DNA from: Betaproteobacteria bacterium
GTDB lineage: Bacteria; Pseudomonadota; Gammaproteobacteria; Burkholderiales; SG8-39
Assembly: GCA_016195915.1 (NCBI GenBank)
Contig: JACPYS010000064.1
Span: 25 to 64,024 of the forward strand
Direction: 5' to 3'
DNA length: 64,000 nt
The notes under the pieces were generated by a model, which saw nothing but the letters and a program-made list of their open reading frames with translations, had not been told where the DNA came from and did not search any database. The position numbers and the translations under genes were made by a program. Below, in pieces: positions 30,602-40,915 of the stretch. Position 1 is the stretch's first letter; the number at the start of each line of letters is the position of its first letter.

Positions 30602-33600
30602 ATGCATGGGAAATCGATAATGCCTGCGCTGACGCCGATACACGAACCTGCACGGGGAAACGATGCCAACGACAGGGCGTTGTTCTGGGAACACCCGCTA
30701 GCGTTTCTCAACTGGTCTATCGCGCTCCTGCTGGCCGGTTCCGTCAGCTTCCTGATCGTCCTGTTCTTCGTCGCGCCGGAACAGTTGCGCAGCGTGCGCG
30801 GCGGCGGCCCCGTGGTCCTGTTGCTGTTGGCCGCGGCGGCGATGTTTCTCCTGCGGCGTGGCAACATCGCGGCCTCGGCTCGCCTGATGGCTGGCGGGCT
30901 GTGGGCGTATGCGACCGGCATTTCGCTCCTTCTCGGCGGCTTGCACTCGCTGTTCATCATCGCTTACGCGCCGATCATCGTCTTCACCGGCTGGCTGTTC
31001 GGCGCGCGCGCCGCCATCGCACTCGCGATTCTGACCGCGGGCGTGTGCTTTGGCTTCCTTCAGGCAGAATTGGGCGGGTTGCTGCCACCACTTCCCCCGA
31101 CGCCTCCGGCTCTGCTGTGGGTTGTGCAGAGCTCCGTTTTCGCTTTCTCGGCATTGCTGGTCAGCTATGTCGTGATGTCCTATCGCAGTCGCCTGGAGAA
31201 AGTGCGCAAACTTGGCGCCGATCTTGCCCTGACCGACGGTGAACTGCGAGCCCGCGAAACCGACCTGTACCGGGCGCAGGCGGTCGCACACGTCGGCAGT
31301 TGGGTGTACCACCTCGCCAGCGACGAAATGCGCCTGTCCAAGGAGACCTGTCGCATTTTCGGTGTGCCGGAAGGGACCACAGGCAGCCGCGATTCCTATC
31401 TGGCGCGCACCCATCCGGAGGACCGGACAACGGTGGACCTCGCATGGCAGACCGCGCTCAGGGGCGGTGAAGCGTTCGACCACGAGCACCGCATCCTGGC
31501 CGGCAAAGAAGTGCGCTGGGTGCGGCAGGTCGCCGAGCTGGAGTTCGACGCCGAGGGCAGGCCGCTGCGCAGCGTGGGCACCACGCAGGACATCACCGAG
31601 CGCAAGCAGGCGGAGCAGGCCTTGCGCGAGAGCGAGGCGCGTTTCCGCACCCTGGCGGAGATGTCCTCCGATTTCTACTGGGAAAGCGACGCCGAGCACC
31701 GGCTCATGATGCGCCGCACTTCGGCCGGGAACGAGATTTCGCAGACGGTATTCGGGCGGCCCACGCAGATCGGCGAGCGCCGCTGGGAAGTGCCGTCTCT
31801 TTTGCCTGACGACGATGGATGGCGGGCGCACCGGGCGGTGCTCGATGCGCACCAGCCGTTCCGCGATTTCGAATTCTCGCGCCTCGGCAGCGATGGCGCC
31901 GAACGCCATATCTCGGTGAGCGGTGACCCGGTGTTCGACGCCTCCGGCGCGTTCCAGGGGTACCACGGCGTGGGCACCGACATCACCGAGCGCAAACGGG
32001 CGGCGAAGGCGTTGCACGAGAGCGAGGCGCGTTTCCGCACCCTGACGGAGATGTCCTCCGATTTCTACTGGGAAAGCGATGCCGAGCACCGGCTGACGAA
32101 ACGCGGCACGGCACATACGAAGGTGAGCACGGTGTCGGTGTTCCAGCGCGGCGCGCAGTTCGGCGAGCGTCGCTGGGAGATCCCGTATCTTTCCCCCGAC
32201 GAGGCGGGCTGGCAGGCGCACCGCGAAGTGCTCGACGCGCACCGGCCATTCCGCGATTTCGAACTCTCGCGTCTCGGGGCAGATGGCACCGAGCGCCATA
32301 TCGCGGTGAGCGGCGATCCGGTGTTCGATGAGGCCGGCGCGTTCCAGGGATACCGCGGCGTGGGCACCGACATCACCGAGCGCAAACGGGCGGTCAAGGC
32401 CTTACAGGAATCCGAGGCGCGCTTCCGCAGCCTGACGCAACTGTCTTCCGACTGGTACTGGGAGCAGGACGAAAACTTCCGTTTCACCGGTCTGGAAGGC
32501 TCGATACGCGAGGGTACCGGCATCAACGAGGCAGAACACATCGGCAAGACGCGCTGGGAATTGCCCACGCTCAATCTTACCGAGGCAGAATGGGCGGGGC
32601 ACAGAATTGTGCTCGATGCGCATCTGCCGTTCTACGACTTCGAGATGCGCCGCCCCGACGCAGGGGGTCGCGCGCATTGGGTATCGATCAGCGGCGAGCC
32701 GATGTTCGACGAGCGGGGCGCGTTCCGCGGCTACCGCGGAATCGGGAGCGACATCACCGAGCGCAAGCAGGAGGAAGCGCTGATCGATGGGCAAAAGCAG
32801 GCGCTCGAGATGATCGCCGGGAGCGCGCCGCTCGAGGAAATCCTCACGGTCCTGATGCAGGTACGGGAAACGCAGGCCCCCGGGATGCTCTGCTCCGTGC
32901 TGCTGCTCGATCGCGACGGCGCGCATCTGCGCCACGGCGCGGCGCCCAGCCTGCCAGAGGACTACGCGCGCGCGATCGACGGCTCAGCCATCGGGCCCCG
33001 CGCCAGCCCCTGCGGCGTTGCGGCTTACCGGAGCGAAGCGGTCATTGTCGAGGACCTCGCGACCGATCCGCTCTGGTCCGACTACCGGCAGCTGGCGTTG
33101 TCTCTCGGGTTGCGCGCCTGCTGGTCCACGCCGATTTTCGACGCCCAGGGCAAGGTCCTGGGCACGTTCGCCATGTATCACCGCGAGGCATGCCGGCCCA
33201 CCGCGCGACATTGCTGGCTCATCGACGTGGCGACACACACCGCCGCGATCGCCATCACCCGCCAGCAGACGCAAGCCGCGCTGCGCGAGAGCGAGGCGCG
33301 CTATCGGACGCTGATCGATGCGCTGCCGGTCGGTGTGCTGTTGAATCACGGCGGCAGGATCACGCTTGCGAACCACGAGGCGGCACGCCTGCTGGGATTC
33401 GCGCGAGCGGAGCAGGCGATTGGCAAGAACCTGTACGAGCTCGTCCCGGAACACATCCGCGATACCTTACGGGCGCGCAACCAGCAGGTTCAGGGTGAGG
33501 ACAGGAGCGCCCCGGCCCTGGAATTCCAGGCCACACAATCCGACGGCAACCGGGTCGAGATCGAGACGATGGGAGTGCCCGTATGGGACGGCGGCGAGAA

Positions 33601-35194
33601 AGCGACGCTGACGATCTGGCGCGACATCACCAAGCGCAAGCAGGCACGCCAGGCGCTGCACCAGCTCTCCGCCGCGGTCGAGCAAAGCCCGATATCCATC
33701 CTGATCACCGACGCGAGCGGGCGCATCGAGTACGTCAATCCGTACCTCGAACAGGTGACCGGGTATAGTCGCGGCGAAATCGTGGGCAGCACTCCCCGGA
33801 TTCTGAGTTCCGGAGACACACCTGCGGAAACCTATCGGGACCTCTGGGCGACGATCACTTCCGGGCGCACCTGGCGCGGCGAATTCCGCAACAAACGCAA
33901 GGATGGCAGCCTGTTCCTTGAACGCGCCTCGATCGCGCCCATCCATGATGCGCACGGGCGCATCACCCATTTTGTCGCCGTCAAGGAGGACATCACGGAG
34001 TTCAGGCGGACCCAGGAGGCGCGCGAGTCACTTGCAGCGCAGTTGCGCGAGTCGCAGAAGATGGAGGCATTGGGGACGCTCGCCGGGGGCGTCGCGCACG
34101 ACTTCAACAACATCGTTGCGGCGATCATGGGCAACGTGGAGCTGGCGCGCCAGGACGTGGGGCAGGCGCACCCGGCGCTGGAGAGTCTGGAAGAAATCCG
34201 CAAGGCGAGCAGGCGTGCCAAGGAGCTGGTGCAGCAGATTCTCGCCTTTGGCCGGCGCCAGGTGCTCGAGCGCAAGGTGATTGCGCTCGCACCCGTGGTG
34301 GAGGAGTCGGTGCGCTTGCTGCGTGCGACGCTGCCCGCAGGCGTGCGCCTGCGCGTGCAGTGCGCGGTGGATACGCCGTTGGTGTTGGCCGACGCGGCGC
34401 AGATCGGTCAGGTCGTGCTGAACCTGTGCAGCAACGCGTGGCAGGCGACCCAGGGCCAGTCGCGGCCCGGGACGATCGAGGTCGGACTGAAAGCATGCGA
34501 TCGACCGCCTCGCGATGTCCCCAACGAACCGTGCCCGGGTTCCTATGCCAGTCTAACGGTGCGCGACAACGGCGCGGGAATGGATGCGGCGACACGTGCA
34601 CGAATCTTCGAACCGTTTTTCACCACCAAACCGGCGGGCGAGGGTACGGGTCTCGGCCTGTCGGTCGTGCACGGCATCGTAAGAGAGCACGAGGGGAGCA
34701 TCGAGGTGGAGAGCGTCCCCGGCGAGGGAGCCGCGTTCCACGTCTATTTCCCCGCAGCGGCAGCGCCCGCGTCCGCGGAAATCGCGCATGCGCCGGTCGC
34801 TGCCACGCCGCAAGCGCAGGGCAAGCACGTGCTGTACGTCGATGACGACGAGGCCATTGTATTCCTGACGAAACGAATGCTCGAGCGCCAGGGCTATCGC
34901 GTGAGTGCGTTCACCGACCCGCGCGATGCGGTCGCGGCGGTTGATGCTGCGCCCGGCCGGTTCGATCTCGTAGTCACCGACTACAACATGCCGGGCATGT
35001 CAGGGCTGGAGTTGGCGGGCGTGCTGCGCGAGATCCGCGCCGACCTGCCGGTGGCCGTGGCTTCAGGCTACATTACGGAGGAACTGCGCGCCAAGGCGCC
35101 GGCGGCAGGCGTGAGCGAACTGATCTACAAACCCGATACGGTGAATGAACTTTGCGATGCCGTCGCGCGGCTCGCGAATGCGCTGCGCGGCTGA
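30602..35194 (+). CDS. Giant membrane multi-PAS/GAF hybrid histidine kinase with C-terminal receiver
   Basis: 1530 aa. Hydrophobic N-terminal region, at least 6 PAS units, a GAF-like block (LLLDRDGAHLRHGAAPSLPEDY...GTFAMYH). H-box LAGGVAHDFNNIVAAIMGN. ATPase GTGLGLSVVHGIV. Receiver (VLYVDDDEAIV...VVTDYNMPGMSG). Confidence 0.85.
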   Translation: MHGKSIMPALTPIHEPARGNDANDRALFWEHPLAFLNWSIALLLAGSVSFLIVLFFVAPEQLRSVRGGGPVVLLLLAAAAMFLLRRGNIAASARLMAGGLWAYATGISLLLGGLHSLFIIAYAPIIVFTGWLFGARAAIALAILTAGVCFGFLQAELGGLLPPLPPTPPALLWVVQSSVFAFSALLVSYVVMSYRSRLEKVRKLGADLALTDGELRARETDLYRAQAVAHVGSWVYHLASDEMRLSKETCRIFGVPEGTTGSRDSYLARTHPEDRTTVDLAWQTALRGGEAFDHEHRILAGKEVRWVRQVAELEFDAEGRPLRSVGTTQDITERKQAEQALRESEARFRTLAEMSSDFYWESDAEHRLMMRRTSAGNEISQTVFGRPTQIGERRWEVPSLLPDDDGWRAHRAVLDAHQPFRDFEFSRLGSDGAERHISVSGDPVFDASGAFQGYHGVGTDITERKRAAKALHESEARFRTLTEMSSDFYWESDAEHRLTKRGTAHTKVSTVSVFQRGAQFGERRWEIPYLSPDEAGWQAHREVLDAHRPFRDFELSRLGADGTERHIAVSGDPVFDEAGAFQGYRGVGTDITERKRAVKALQESEARFRSLTQLSSDWYWEQDENFRFTGLEGSIREGTGINEAEHIGKTRWELPTLNLTEAEWAGHRIVLDAHLPFYDFEMRRPDAGGRAHWVSISGEPMFDERGAFRGYRGIGSDITERKQEEALIDGQKQALEMIAGSAPLEEILTVLMQVRETQAPGMLCSVLLLDRDGAHLRHGAAPSLPEDYARAIDGSAIGPRASPCGVAAYRSEAVIVEDLATDPLWSDYRQLALSLGLRACWSTPIFDAQGKVLGTFAMYHREACRPTARHCWLIDVATHTAAIAITRQQTQAALRESEARYRTLIDALPVGVLLNHGGRITLANHEAARLLGFARAEQAIGKNLYELVPEHIRDTLRARNQQVQGEDRSAPALEFQATQSDGNRVEIETMGVPVWDGGEKATLTIWRDITKRKQARQALHQLSAAVEQSPISILITDASGRIEYVNPYLEQVTGYSRGEIVGSTPRILSSGDTPAETYRDLWATITSGRTWRGEFRNKRKDGSLFLERASIAPIHDAHGRITHFVAVKEDITEFRRTQEARESLAAQLRESQKMEALGTLAGGVAHDFNNIVAAIMGNVELARQDVGQAHPALESLEEIRKASRRAKELVQQILAFGRRQVLERKVIALAPVVEESVRLLRATLPAGVRLRVQCAVDTPLVLADAAQIGQVVLNLCSNAWQATQGQSRPGTIEVGLKACDRPPRDVPNEPCPGSYASLTVRDNGAGMDAATRARIFEPFFTTKPAGEGTGLGLSVVHGIVREHEGSIEVESVPGEGAAFHVYFPAAAAPASAEIAHAPVAATPQAQGKHVLYVDDDEAIVFLTKRMLERQGYRVSAFTDPRDAVAAVDAAPGRFDLVVTDYNMPGMSGLELAGVLREIRADLPVAVASGYITEELRAKAPAAGVSELIYKPDTVNELCDAVARLANALRG
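31589..32749 (+). repeat. Three tandem ~390-bp intragenic repeats, each encoding one PAS unit
   Basis: The unit boundary gacatcaccgagcgcaa recurs at 31589, 31979, 32369 and 32750, giving periods of 390, 390 and 381. Long near-identical stretches include gagagcgaggcgcgtttccgcaccctg[g/a]cggagatgtcctccgatttctactgggaaagcga at 31629 and 32019. Confidence 0.85.
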
Positions 35195-35325
35195 AGCTCA
35201 GGCCGCTCGCTATACGGGCGCCTCGATGCGCTGGACACCCTGACGCCCTCCGCGCGGGGTACCAGGCGCTCGAGCAGTGCAACCGAATCCGTGCTGTCGT
35301 CCACGATGACCACGGTCATGTCCAT
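35125..35325 (-). pseudogene. Possible truncated receiver-domain gene remnant
   Basis: The 66-aa ORF begins MDMTVVIVDDSTDSVALLERL, which looks like a receiver N-terminus. It then loses similarity and runs antisense into the last 70 nt of the kinase gene ending at 35194. Confidence 0.3.
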
Positions 35326-35403
35326 CTCGCGGCTCCCGGAGTTGGCTTCAACCTGGTCTTTCGGTCCGATTCGCGCAAACCTCAGCTCAGCGACCCTTTT
35401 GAT

Positions 35404-36240
35404 CTAGAGGCGCAACGCCTCAGTCAGCGACTTCACCTCGCCCGCCGATTCCTGGAGAATTTCGGTGAGGGTTTCCGTGCCGAGGACCATCTCGATCTCA
35501 CAGGGCACATCCTCGCCGTTGCGGTCTTTCAGCAGTTGGAAGGGAGACTGCACGGGGGCCAGATCGTCGGCCAGCAGCAGCGTATCGCCCAGCGTCCGCG
35601 GGGGCATGGCGAGAAAACCCTGCCAGTAGTGCTCCATGGCCTCGCTCACCTGTTCCGGAACCGACAGCGCACGCAGCACTGCGCGTCCCACGATGACTTC
35701 GCCTTCCCCCTGCCAGCCTTGCGCATTCGCTTCGATCAGCTCCGGATACTCCGTCCCGCGCGACAGCAGGTAGAACCCGCCGACTTCGTGCACGATCCCG
35801 GCAAACATGGCGGTCTCCGGATCGAGCCGCGTGACCCGCCGTGCGAGGACCTGCGCGAGGGCGGCGACATGGGCGGTGTGCTCCCAAAGCCGCACGGACA
35901 GGCTCCGATGCGCCGGAGCGACCGCCTTGCCTCCGAGTTGCTGCATCAGCAGCGCAGTCGCGAGGGAGTGGGCAGTGCGAAACCCCACTCTTGCCGCGGC
36001 CGTGCGCATGTCGGCGAACGGCCTTCCCGCGTCGTTGAAGGTGGCAGAGTTGGCCACCGCCACCACGCGCGCCGCGAGCACCGGCTCGGCCTGGATCAGG
36101 CGTGCGGCTGCGTCGACGTGCAACTCGGGGTCTTCGAGTGCACGCCGCACGCGCATGCTCACCTCGGCGTGCGTCGGGAATGCGAGTTCGCCTCTGCCTG
36201 CCTCGGCGGCGATCTTCGCCAGTGCGTCGCGGTTGTCCAT
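35404..36240 (-). CDS. Stand-alone HDOD-domain protein (last intact gene of the che operon)
   Basis: 278 aa from MDNRDAL. HDOD pattern (FPTHAEVSMRVRRALEDPELHVDAAARLIQAEPVLAARVVAVANSATF...WEHTAHVAALAQVLA...AGIVHEVG). Starts 6 nt after the cheD stop. Confidence 0.8.
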   Translation of the reverse strand: MDNRDALAKIAAEAGRGELAFPTHAEVSMRVRRALEDPELHVDAAARLIQAEPVLAARVVAVANSATFNDAGRPFADMRTAAARVGFRTAHSLATALLMQQLGGKAVAPAHRSLSVRLWEHTAHVAALAQVLARRVTRLDPETAMFAGIVHEVGGFYLLSRGTEYPELIEANAQGWQGEGEVIVGRAVLRALSVPEQVSEAMEHYWQGFLAMPPRTLGDTLLLADDLAPVQSPFQLLKDRNGEDVPCEIEMVLGTETLTEILQESAGEVKSLTEALRL

Positions 36241-36245
36241 GGCGT

Positions 36246-36821
36246 TCAGAAGAGTTCGATTTTCTTCGGCCTGGCTGTGATGAGCGTCTGCTCGTAGTCG
36301 AGCTCCGCCTTCACCACTTCTTCGATGCCGGTGTGGCTGACCGGAATGCGCCGGCAGAATGCGTCGCCCGTGGCGCTCGCCCATACGAGCTTGCGCGCCC
36401 ACGGGCCGCCGAGGTCGGAGCCGATCAGATTGATTCCTTCGCGCTCAAGCCAATCCTTGGCGAAGGCGGCGTTGCGCACGCCGATCGGCATCTTGATCGA
36501 AGTAACGATGGTCCCGCCGCCGAAGGCTTTCGCCACCATGCGGCTCTTGTGCGCGCCCTTGCCGAGCATGGCGTTCACCAGCACTTCCATTGCGAAGTCC
36601 CCGGCGAGCACCACGTCGGTGTCCGCGCGCTCGCCCTTGGTGCGGCTGGGAAGAAGGAAATGGTTCATTCCTCCCAGCTTTAGCTTCGGATCGTACAGGC
36701 ACACGGCGACGCAGGAGCCGAGCAGGGTGGCGATCGGCCGCCCGCTATCCACCGCCCAGCCGCCGGGGTTGATGTTGAGCGCGCTGCGCTCCATGTCGAT
36801 GGCCGAGGGCTGTGCGTTCAT
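36246..36821 (-). CDS. cheD: Chemoreceptor glutamine deamidase CheD
   Basis: 191 aa. IATLLGSCVAVCLYDPKLKLGGMNHFLLP and the following region are typical of CheD. Confidence 0.9.
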   Translation of the reverse strand: MNAQPSAIDMERSALNINPGGWAVDSGRPIATLLGSCVAVCLYDPKLKLGGMNHFLLPSRTKGERADTDVVLAGDFAMEVLVNAMLGKGAHKSRMVAKAFGGGTIVTSIKMPIGVRNAAFAKDWLEREGINLIGSDLGGPWARKLVWASATGDAFCRRIPVSHTGIEEVVKAELDYEQTLITARPKKIELF

Positions 36822-36838
36822 GTCTCTGTGTTCCGCAC

Positions 36839-37915
36839 TCAGGTTCCGCTTGCCATGATCTCGCGGGAGATCTGGTCCAGCGGCAGCACTTTGTCGACGC
36901 CGCCGAGCTTGATCGCTTCCCTGGGCATGCCGAACACGACGCAGGTGGATTCGTCTTCGGCCACCGTGGCTGCGCCCGCCTGGTGCATCTCGTGCATGCC
37001 GCGCGCGCCGTCGTCACCCATGCCGGTCATGATGATGCCGAGCGCGTTTCGACCCGCTGTCTGAGCCACGGATCGGAACAGTACATCCACGGAGGGCTTG
37101 TGCCGATTCACGAGCGGGCCCTCGGCGACGTCCACGTGATACTGCGCTCCGCTTCGCCGCAGCATCATGTGGCGGCCGCCGGGGGCGATCAGCGCGCGTC
37201 CCGGGATGACGCGATCGCCGCTCTTTGCTTCCCGCACGTTCATCTGGCAGAGCCTGTCAAGACGCTCGGCGAACATGGCGGTGAATTTCTCCGGCATGTG
37301 CTGGACGATCACGATGCCCGAGCACACCGTGGGTAAAGCGCTGAGCACGGCCTCGAGCGCCTGCGTTCCGCCGGTGGAAGTTCCGATCGCGACCACCCGG
37401 TCCGTGGTGCGCAACATCGCGCCGGTGGCCTGGGCACTGGCGAGCACCGCGTCGTAGCTCAGCTTGGGCACCAGCGGCAGGGCGCGCGTGCCGGCACGGC
37501 CGAGTCGTCGCATGTTGGCGTGCGCTGCCGCGTGCACGGCGGCGAGCATGTCGTTGGAGGCATCCTGCAGGAACTGTTTCAGGCCCAGCTTCGGCTTGGT
37601 GATGATGCAGACCGCGCCAGCGGACATGGCTTCGAGCGTCGTCTCCGCGCCTTCTTCAGCGAGCGTCGAGCAGATCACCACCGGTGTAGGGTGCTCGCTC
37701 ATGATCTTGCGCAGGAAGCTCAGGCCGTCCATGCGCGGCATTTCGATGTCGAGCACGATCACGTCGGGCCAGCCGGTTGCCATGCGCTCCAGCGCGAATA
37801 CCGGATCGGAAACGGCCCCGATCACCTCGATGCCCGGATCGGACGCAAGCACCTCGCGCGCAACCTGGCGCACCACCGCGGAATCGTCGACGATCAGGAC
37901 CTTGATCTTGCTCAT
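36839..37915 (-). CDS. cheB: Chemotaxis response regulator protein-glutamate methylesterase CheB
   Basis: 358 aa. Receiver ([13 protein letters not shown]...[13 protein letters not shown]). Esterase motifs ([28 protein letters not shown]). Confidence 0.92.
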   Translation of the reverse strand: MSKIKVLIVDDSAVVRQVAREVLASDPGIEVIGAVSDPVFALERMATGWPDVIVLDIEMPRMDGLSFLRKIMSEHPTPVVICSTLAEEGAETTLEAMSAGAVCIITKPKLGLKQFLQDASNDMLAAVHAAAHANMRRLGRAGTRALPLVPKLSYDAVLASAQATGAMLRTTDRVVAIGTSTGGTQALEAVLSALPTVCSGIVIVQHMPEKFTAMFAERLDRLCQMNVREAKSGDRVIPGRALIAPGGRHMMLRRSGAQYHVDVAEGPLVNRHKPSVDVLFRSVAQTAGRNALGIIMTGMGDDGARGMHEMHQAGAATVAEDESTCVVFGMPREAIKLGGVDKVLPLDQISREIMASGT

Positions 37916-38736
37916 GGCTTGCGATACACGGCGGGCTTGACCAGTTCGAGCGCGTCGGTAACGCCGTGCAGCGACTCGGAATGGCCGACGATGAAATGGC
38001 CGCCCGGTCTGAGTCTTCCGATCAGCCGCCCGACCACACCGCGCTTGGTTTCCGGGTCGAAATAGATCATCACGTTGCGCAGGAAGATCACGTCGAAGCT
38101 TCCCACCCCGGGCAAGGTCGCGTTCAGGTTGACCTGCATGAAACGCACGTGCCTGCGCAGCGCCTGGCCGATCAGGAAGCTGCCGGCGTCTTCGCGCACG
38201 CCTTTGAGGCAGTACTTGCGCAGATAGTCCACCGGCGTCGCGCGTGCGCGCTCCATCGGATACTGCGCACGTTCCGCTTTTTCAAGGACCTGCGTGCTGA
38301 TATCCGATCCCGTGATGGTCCAGCTCGCATGCAGGCCGAGTTTTTCCGCCAGCACCATTGCCAGCGTATACACCTCTTCGCCGGTGGAGCAGGCCGCACT
38401 CCAGATGTCGAAACCCCGTCCGGGCGGGTGGCGGGCGAGCACCTGCTGCGAGAGGTACTCGAAGTGCTTTTCCTCGCGGAAGAAATAGGTCTCGTTGGTG
38501 GTCAGAAGATCCACCATCGCCTGCGATTCGGCCGTACCGCCGCTGCCCGTGACCAGCTTGTAGTACTCGCTGAAGCTGCCGATGCCGTTGGCTTTGAGGC
38601 GCTTGGCCAGACGGCCGGCCAGCAGCACTTTCTTGGCATCCGACAGACTGATACCCGCGAGCTTGTGGATCAACGCCTGGAAGCGGGCGAATTCCGCGTC
38701 GGTGATGGAAGGGTTGGCGAGTTCTGACACGATCAT
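37912..38736 (-). CDS. cheR: Chemotaxis protein methyltransferase CheR
   Basis: 274 aa. [16 protein letters not shown]-binding [30 protein letters not shown]. 4-nt overlaps with both neighbours. Confidence 0.92.
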   Translation of the reverse strand: MIVSELANPSITDAEFARFQALIHKLAGISLSDAKKVLLAGRLAKRLKANGIGSFSEYYKLVTGSGGTAESQAMVDLLTTNETYFFREEKHFEYLSQQVLARHPPGRGFDIWSAACSTGEEVYTLAMVLAEKLGLHASWTITGSDISTQVLEKAERAQYPMERARATPVDYLRKYCLKGVREDAGSFLIGQALRRHVRFMQVNLNATLPGVGSFDVIFLRNVMIYFDPETKRGVVGRLIGRLRPGGHFIVGHSESLHGVTDALELVKPAVYRKP

Positions 38737-40259
38737 GGCGTTTCGGGAGCTGAAGCTTCGGAGCCTTCTCCAAGCTCGAAGAACTGCATGAGCTCCTGCA
38801 GCCGCCCTGCCTCGGAGCCCAGTGCCCCGGCGGTCGCCGCCAGTTCCTCGGCCACCGAGGCGTTCTGCTGCGTCGCCCGGTTGAGCTGGCCCATGGCGGT
38901 GTTGATCTGCGCCGCGCCCGCGCTTTGCTCCCCGGACGCCGAGGCGATTTCCTGCACCAGATCGGAAGTCTTGCGGATCGATGGGACCATCTGGTCGAGC
39001 AATCGCCCGGCGCGCTCCGCCGTCTTGACGCTGCCGCCGGCAAGCTGCCCGATCTCCTGCGCAGCCACTTGGCTGCGTTCGGCGAGTTTGCGCACTTCGG
39101 CTGCGACCACCGCGAAGCCCTTGCCGTGCTTGCCTGCGCGCGCCGCTTCGATTGCGGCGTTCAAGGCGAGCAGGTTGGTCTGGTAGGCGATGTCGTCGAT
39201 GATGCCGATCTTGCCGGCGATGCTCTTGATTGCGTCCACGGTCTCCTTGACCGCGGCGCCGCCTTCGCCGGCTTCCCTGGCGGCCTTGCCGGCCATGCCG
39301 TCGGTGGCCTTGGCGTTGTCGGTGTTGTGGGCGATCGAGGCGGTCATCTGTTCCACCGAAGCGGTGGTTTCCTCTACGCTGGCCGCCTGTTGCGTAGACG
39401 ATTGGGACAGCGATTGGGCAGTGGCCGACACTTGCTCCGAGGCGCCCGTGAGCCTGTCTGCGGCGCCGCGCACGTCGCCGATGGTCCGCGCAAGCTTGCC
39501 GGCCATCACCTGCATGGCGTCCATCATTTGGCCGATTTCATCCTTGCCGGTCGCCTCCAGCGTGACCGAGAAGTCACCCTCGGCCATGCGTTCGGTGGCG
39601 CGCGCCGCTTGCGCGACACGCCCGGAGATGCCGCGCGCCATCACAAAACTGACGCCGAGCGCAAGCGCGATCGCCGCCAGAAGCGTGAGGAAGATCATCG
39701 TTACGGCCCGGATGTAGGCGGCGTAGGCTTTGTCGAAGGCGTCCTTGCCCAGCGCTTCCTCGGCCTTGACGAGTTGCCCGGTAAGTACAGTGAGCTGCTT
39801 GAAGTCGTCGTCCGCCGTCTGCATCATGGACAGCCCGGTATTCATGTCCATCGACGCCATGTCGAGCGCCTGGAATACGCTCTTGCGGTACTTGGCGAGC
39901 ATGTCGGCGATCTGCGCGGTGAGCTTTTTCTCGATCTCCACCAGGCCCGGTTCGGCGGCCCATCGCGCGAATCTGCCGAGTACCTTGTCGGCGTCGGCGA
40001 GCAGCACCCTGCTGTCCTTCTCGAGCTTGTCGCCCTCGAAGGTTCCGGCCCAGGTCATCAGTCGGTAGGTGCGCGCGTGGACATCGAGAACGCTGGAATT
40101 GGTCTCCGCGGCTCGCCGAAGGTGTTCGGAGCGCGTGTTGTGAAGGTCGTCGACCGCACGGAATTGCGCTTCGAGTGACCGGTAGCTGCCGGCGCCGAGG
40201 ATCAGCATGCATCCGACAGTAATCGCCGGGGCGATCAGCATTTTCTGAAACAGATTCAT
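38733..40259 (-). CDS. Methyl-accepting chemotaxis protein (4-helix-bundle-type sensor, HAMP, signalling domain)
   Basis: About 508 aa from MNLFQKM. Two TM segments flank a helical periplasmic region. HAMP region. Tip motif [38 protein letters not shown]. Confidence 0.9.
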   Translation of the reverse strand: MNLFQKMLIAPAITVGCMLILGAGSYRSLEAQFRAVDDLHNTRSEHLRRAAETNSSVLDVHARTYRLMTWAGTFEGDKLEKDSRVLLADADKVLGRFARWAAEPGLVEIEKKLTAQIADMLAKYRKSVFQALDMASMDMNTGLSMMQTADDDFKQLTVLTGQLVKAEEALGKDAFDKAYAAYIRAVTMIFLTLLAAIALALGVSFVMARGISGRVAQAARATERMAEGDFSVTLEATGKDEIGQMMDAMQVMAGKLARTIGDVRGAADRLTGASEQVSATAQSLSQSSTQQAASVEETTASVEQMTASIAHNTDNAKATDGMAGKAAREAGEGGAAVKETVDAIKSIAGKIGIIDDIAYQTNLLALNAAIEAARAGKHGKGFAVVAAEVRKLAERSQVAAQEIGQLAGGSVKTAERAGRLLDQMVPSIRKTSDLVQEIASASGEQSAGAAQINTAMGQLNRATQQNASVAEELAATAGALGSEAGRLQELMQFFELGEGSEASAPETP

Positions 40260-40338
40260 CAGGTTTCCCTCCAGACACACCCGCTGCCGAGATGCGCCCG
40301 GCTGGCAACTGCCGGGCTCCCGGTACCGCGCCTGACGA

Positions 40339-40788
40339 TCAGCGCTTGTAGATCCCGGCGCAGACAGCCGTCTCGTCGAGCTTTTCGCAATACATCTGCT
40401 TTGGCAGCGCCTTCTTCGTCAGCGGGTCCGTAAACTTGTAGTCCTGCCAGAACCTGCCCTTGCTGCGGGCCAGTTCGACACGTTCCTTGACGAACAGCTT
40501 GCCATCCGGGTCCTTCATGTCGATCAGTTCCTTGTCCACTTGTCTGGAATTCTGTCCGTGTGCCAGAACCTTGCCATCGAGCCCGTACACCACCGGATAC
40601 AGATCGCGATCGACCCATTTGGCGTTCTTGGCGGTGATTTCCTCGTAGGTGGCCTGCTTGTTGGCCTTGATCGCCGCCACCGCCTTCCCCACCATCGCCT
40701 CGGCCTCCTTGGCGGTGGCGAATTCCGCCGCGTTGGCGGATTGGCCAGCGAGCATCAAGGCGCCGGCCAGCACAATGATCGGTTTCAT
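40339..40788 (-). CDS. Secreted single-Cache (sCache_2-like) domain protein with no output domain
   Basis: 149 aa from [20 protein letters not shown], a signal peptide, with a GGAGA RBS. The pattern [13 protein letters not shown]...[19 protein letters not shown]...[10 protein letters not shown]...[20 protein letters not shown]...VCAGIYK fits the Cache_2 fold as I know it. Confidence 0.7.
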   Translation of the reverse strand: MKPIIVLAGALMLAGQSANAAEFATAKEAEAMVGKAVAAIKANKQATYEEITAKNAKWVDRDLYPVVYGLDGKVLAHGQNSRQVDKELIDMKDPDGKLFVKERVELARSKGRFWQDYKFTDPLTKKALPKQMYCEKLDETAVCAGIYKR

Positions 40789-40915
40789 GCTGGTTTTCTC
40801 CATGAGCGTTGCATCCAAGTATGTATCGGCTGTGATCCGGCGCCCTTAAGCACCGATGCACAGGTTCTTGAATCCTGGCATTCCATTATTCGGCTGACTG
40901 CCGCCGGCACGAAGA

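Noticed and set aside
31589-32749. Regularly spaced repeats that might superficially suggest a CRISPR-like array.
   Set aside because: The period is 390 nt and lies entirely inside one long reading frame. Each unit encodes a PAS domain. There is no short repeat/spacer structure and there are no cas genes.
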